A DNA stretch of 64,000 bases from an uncultured archaeon. GTDB lineage: Archaea > Asgardarchaeota > Lokiarchaeia > Sigyniarchaeales > SOKP01. Below are positions 61,172 to 64,000 of the stretch, one piece after another. The first letter of the stretch is position 1. Each line of letters starts with the position of its first letter. The stretch spans positions 64,001 to 128,000 of the forward strand of contig CAZDTP010000001.1 of NCBI GenBank assembly GCA_964508365.1, written 5' to 3'. The notes below the pieces were generated by a model. The model searched no databases and was not told the origin of the DNA. It saw only the letters and a program-made list of their open reading frames with translations. The translations under genes were made by a program, and so were the position numbers.

Positions 61172-62284
61172 ATGGTTTTTAGGTTTCTTAGACCTGATTC
61201 AGAGACGGTCTGGAAAAATGAAATAATTCGAAAACGCTTTGCCAGATATAGAAGTATCATTGATGATAAAGAAATTGCACGGTACATAATCGCAAAAAGT
61301 ATAGAATGTGATTTTGATACTAATGATTCAATTAAAAACTTAGAGAATTTGTTAATAGAAAAATCTAAGGAACTTAATCTCTTACTGAATAAATCCACCG
61401 AAATTTTCGAAACCCGCCAAGTTTACGATAAGAATTACATTAGTTTGGTTGAAAATCTAGCATATAAATATCTCGAAAATTGCTGTTTTTGCGAAAGACG
61501 ATGCCAAGTTAATCGAGTTGACGGTGAAACTGGTTTTTGCTATATACCTAAGGATTCTTATGTATCTTCTGCTTTTCTTCATACGGGGGAGGAAGCTCCA
61601 CTAATACCTAGTGGTACAATTTTTTTCCAAGGATGTAATTTTAGTTGTGTTTTCTGCCAAAATTACGATATATCTCAGTCATGGAAAAACAGGAAAAAAA
61701 TTGACGATATAGCTCGAAAAACTGATTCTATTCAACTTGCTAATCTTGCTGATAGATTAGTCGAGAAAGGTGCGATAAATATCAACTATGTTGGAGGCGA
61801 TCCTATTCCGAATATTCATACAATTTTGGGAAGTCTTCAGCATCAAACTTCAAACATCACGCAACTCTGGAATTCTAATTTTTACTTAACGGAAGAATCT
61901 CTATCTTTACTCGTTGACTTAATGGATTTTTGGTTACCTGATTTTAAATACGGCAATAATAACTGTGCTGAAAAATATTCTGGAATTACAAGATACTATG
62001 ATGTAATAACTCGCAATTTGAAAAGAATTCACAACGCTGGAAGCGGAGAAATAATAATCCGACACTTAATTATGCCTAATCACATAGAATGTTGCTCTAA
62101 ACCAATTTTAGATTTTATTGCGAAAGAAGTACCGATGTGTGTTGTTAACATTATGCAGCAATTCAGACCCGAATATTTATCACACAAATATCAAGAAATA
62201 AATAGAAGACCCTCAATAGGAGAAATTCATGAAGTGAAAAATTATGCCGACGATTTAGGAATCTTGTACGAGCCCGTCTCTTAG
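61172..62284 (+). CDS. PflX-family radical SAM protein
   Basis: CCFCERRCQVNR, GTIFFQGCNFSCVFCQN, NINYVGGDP, PDFKYG and IIRHLIMP motifs. Confidence 0.9.
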   Translation: MVFRFLRPDSETVWKNEIIRKRFARYRSIIDDKEIARYIIAKSIECDFDTNDSIKNLENLLIEKSKELNLLLNKSTEIFETRQVYDKNYISLVENLAYKYLENCCFCERRCQVNRVDGETGFCYIPKDSYVSSAFLHTGEEAPLIPSGTIFFQGCNFSCVFCQNYDISQSWKNRKKIDDIARKTDSIQLANLADRLVEKGAININYVGGDPIPNIHTILGSLQHQTSNITQLWNSNFYLTEESLSLLVDLMDFWLPDFKYGNNNCAEKYSGITRYYDVITRNLKRIHNAGSGEIIIRHLIMPNHIECCSKPILDFIAKEVPMCVVNIMQQFRPEYLSHKYQEINRRPSIGEIHEVKNYADDLGILYEPVS

Positions 62285-62366
62285 TTTTAGAAAAAATAAT
62301 AAGTAATGATAAATTCTTAAATCCTACTAATAACAATTTAACTAATTATACTTAGTGGTATTTTCG

Positions 62367-63488
62367 ATGAATTTAGAAGATGTGAAAGGCGTAAGTAAAA
62401 AACAAGATGTACTGATTGAAGCGGGTATTGATTCCGTTGAGAAGTTAGCAAACGCGAGTGTGGAAGATTTAACGCAATTAAAAGGCATTGGAAAAGCTAC
62501 AGCTGAAAAATTCGTAAGTAGCGCTAAAGAATTATTAAGTGAACCAAAAGAGGCTACCATAGAAAGTGGTGAACCAGTTCTTGATCAACCCTCCGAGGAA
62601 TTAGAGAAAGCAAAAAAGGAGGAAGAAGAAGCTAAAAAACTCAAAGAGAAGAAAACGAAGTTGGAAGGCAAAAAGGTAGAAGAAGGCGATTTCGTTTTAC
62701 TTAAGATGACAGCAAGAACGCAAAAAGGAAAGATTTTTAGAGTATCTTCTGAAGAAGATGCTAAAACAGCAGGAATTTACGAGGAAGAAAAGGCTAATCA
62801 AGGATATTACACTCCAGAATTTGTAATTGTTGGAAAACCAGGATTTTTAAATGAAGGTTTAACTGAAACTTTAAAAGAAATGAATTACTTTCAAAAAAAA
62901 TCTGTAAAAATTCCTTCTACTAAAGCCTTTGGTAAAAGAGATCCTCAAAAAATTGAAAGAATTGGCATAGCTAAATTTAGAAAATTAAACGATGGAAAAA
63001 ACCCTGAATACGGTAAAGACTTTACAAATAAAAAGGGACAGAGAGGAGTTATTACGAATATTCTTCAAGGTAAAGTAATTATTGATTACAATCATCCTCT
63101 AGCAGGACAATCAATAGATTATAACCTTGAAATAGTAGATAAGATCGAATCATTTAACGAAAAAATCGAATATTTTATGATTTCAAAGGGAATTCCCCAG
63201 GAAAGCGCCTCTGAATTCATCGTAAATCACTTGGAGGACAAAACTCTAGAAATTACCGTTCCTAAAATGTTCCTGTTCCAAAACCTTACATATCTTAAAT
63301 TCGGTTTAGCTATGGATTTACAGACTCATATGGGTGATGAAATTGAAGATGTCAAGTTCATTGAAGTATATGAGAAAATGCCAGCGCCACCGACACCAGC
63401 TGAATCCGTTATGCAAAAGGTAGACGAGTACAATAAAGAGCATGATCACAACCACGACCATGTCCACGATACAGAAGAAAGTGAATAA
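62367..63488 (+). CDS. FKBP-type peptidyl-prolyl isomerase (SlyD-like) with N-terminal HhH domain and His-rich tail
   Basis: N-terminal LKGIGKATAEK HhH, AFGKRDP, DYNHPLAG and C-terminal HDHNHDHVHD. Confidence 0.9.
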   Translation: MNLEDVKGVSKKQDVLIEAGIDSVEKLANASVEDLTQLKGIGKATAEKFVSSAKELLSEPKEATIESGEPVLDQPSEELEKAKKEEEEAKKLKEKKTKLEGKKVEEGDFVLLKMTARTQKGKIFRVSSEEDAKTAGIYEEEKANQGYYTPEFVIVGKPGFLNEGLTETLKEMNYFQKKSVKIPSTKAFGKRDPQKIERIGIAKFRKLNDGKNPEYGKDFTNKKGQRGVITNILQGKVIIDYNHPLAGQSIDYNLEIVDKIESFNEKIEYFMISKGIPQESASEFIVNHLEDKTLEITVPKMFLFQNLTYLKFGLAMDLQTHMGDEIEDVKFIEVYEKMPAPPTPAESVMQKVDEYNKEHDHNHDHVHDTEESE

Positions 63489-63520
63489 TGATCACTATTT
63501 TTTTATAAATCAAGATTATT

Positions 63521-64000
63521 CTATTTCCTTTTTTCTAGATATTTTTTGATAATTAAATCACATATTTTCGAAGCAGGATCCGTATCACATTTCCAATTAG
63601 AGAATTCCGGAAAAGTGCCAGCATCTACTACATATAATTTATTTGTGTTAGTTTCTCTAACTAGATCAAGATGTCCAAATAACAGATTATATTTTTCCTT
63701 CCATTTTATAAGATATTTTTCTATTTCTTTATCGGATTCGATTAATTTAGTAGCTTGATGTTCATTTGCGAGAGGTATTTTTTCACATATACAGATTTCA
63801 TTTTCTATAAAATAAGCTAAGTAGTGAGTCCCTTTGATAAAATTTTCGAGATAGAGATAGTTTTCATTTAGAGTATCAAAATCTTGAAAAGAATTATATA
63901 CTTTGACACCTTTACTTCCAGAACCAAAAATATGCTTTGAAATAAGAGGAAAACTTGACTCTGTAAGTTGACTTTTAAGAGTTTTAAGGGTGCCCATAAA
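63521..64000 (-). CDS. ATP-grasp (RimK-like) protein, C-terminal part (probably 5'-truncated by the window edge)
   Basis: FPLISKHIFGSGSKGV, YLENFI and GHLDLV...VVDAGTFP motifs; frame open at the window end. Confidence 0.7.
   Translation of the reverse strand, partial: FMGTLKTLKSQLTESSFPLISKHIFGSGSKGVKVYNSFQDFDTLNENYLYLENFIKGTHYLAYFIENEICICEKIPLANEHQATKLIESDKEIEKYLIKWKEKYNLLFGHLDLVRETNTNKLYVVDAGTFPEFSNWKCDTDPASKICDLIIKKYLEKRK

Overview
AT-rich archaeal chromosome segment. It is most consistent with an Asgard archaeon (Lokiarchaeia-like), inferred from the lsm-rpl37e pair, proteasome beta subunit, archaeal SepF, and Roadblock, longin-like and IFT52/GldG-like small proteins. About 57 CDS are supported. 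No rRNA, CRISPR array or transposase was seen. Main blocks: (1) radical/CoA metabolism at 5.6-17.4 kb: a 2-hydroxyacyl-CoA dehydratase/Bcr-type pair, a divergent glycyl radical enzyme, a pseudogene remnant of a 2-oxoacid dehydrogenase E2 missing from the ORF track, and a DUF35-thiolase-thiolase-DUF35 operon resembling actinobacterial Ltp4/Ltp3. (2) A tRNA-Leu(TAA) with two non-canonical BHB introns. Directly beyond its 3' end lies a ~1 kb stretch holding only a LAGLIDADG endonuclease gene, bounded by a direct repeat of the tRNA 3' end. (3) A DUF1015/serA/class V aminotransferase neighbourhood. (4) A ~21.6 kb glycan-utilisation locus at 37.2-58.8 kb (GH20, DUF3604, ChbG, GH78, GH4, GH109-like, GH2, sulfatase, GPH transporter). 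It carries a bacterial-type phosphorylative L-rhamnose pathway in which an aldehyde:ferredoxin oxidoreductase sits inside the rhaA-aldolase operon. All family assignments come from motif recognition by eye; no database search was run.
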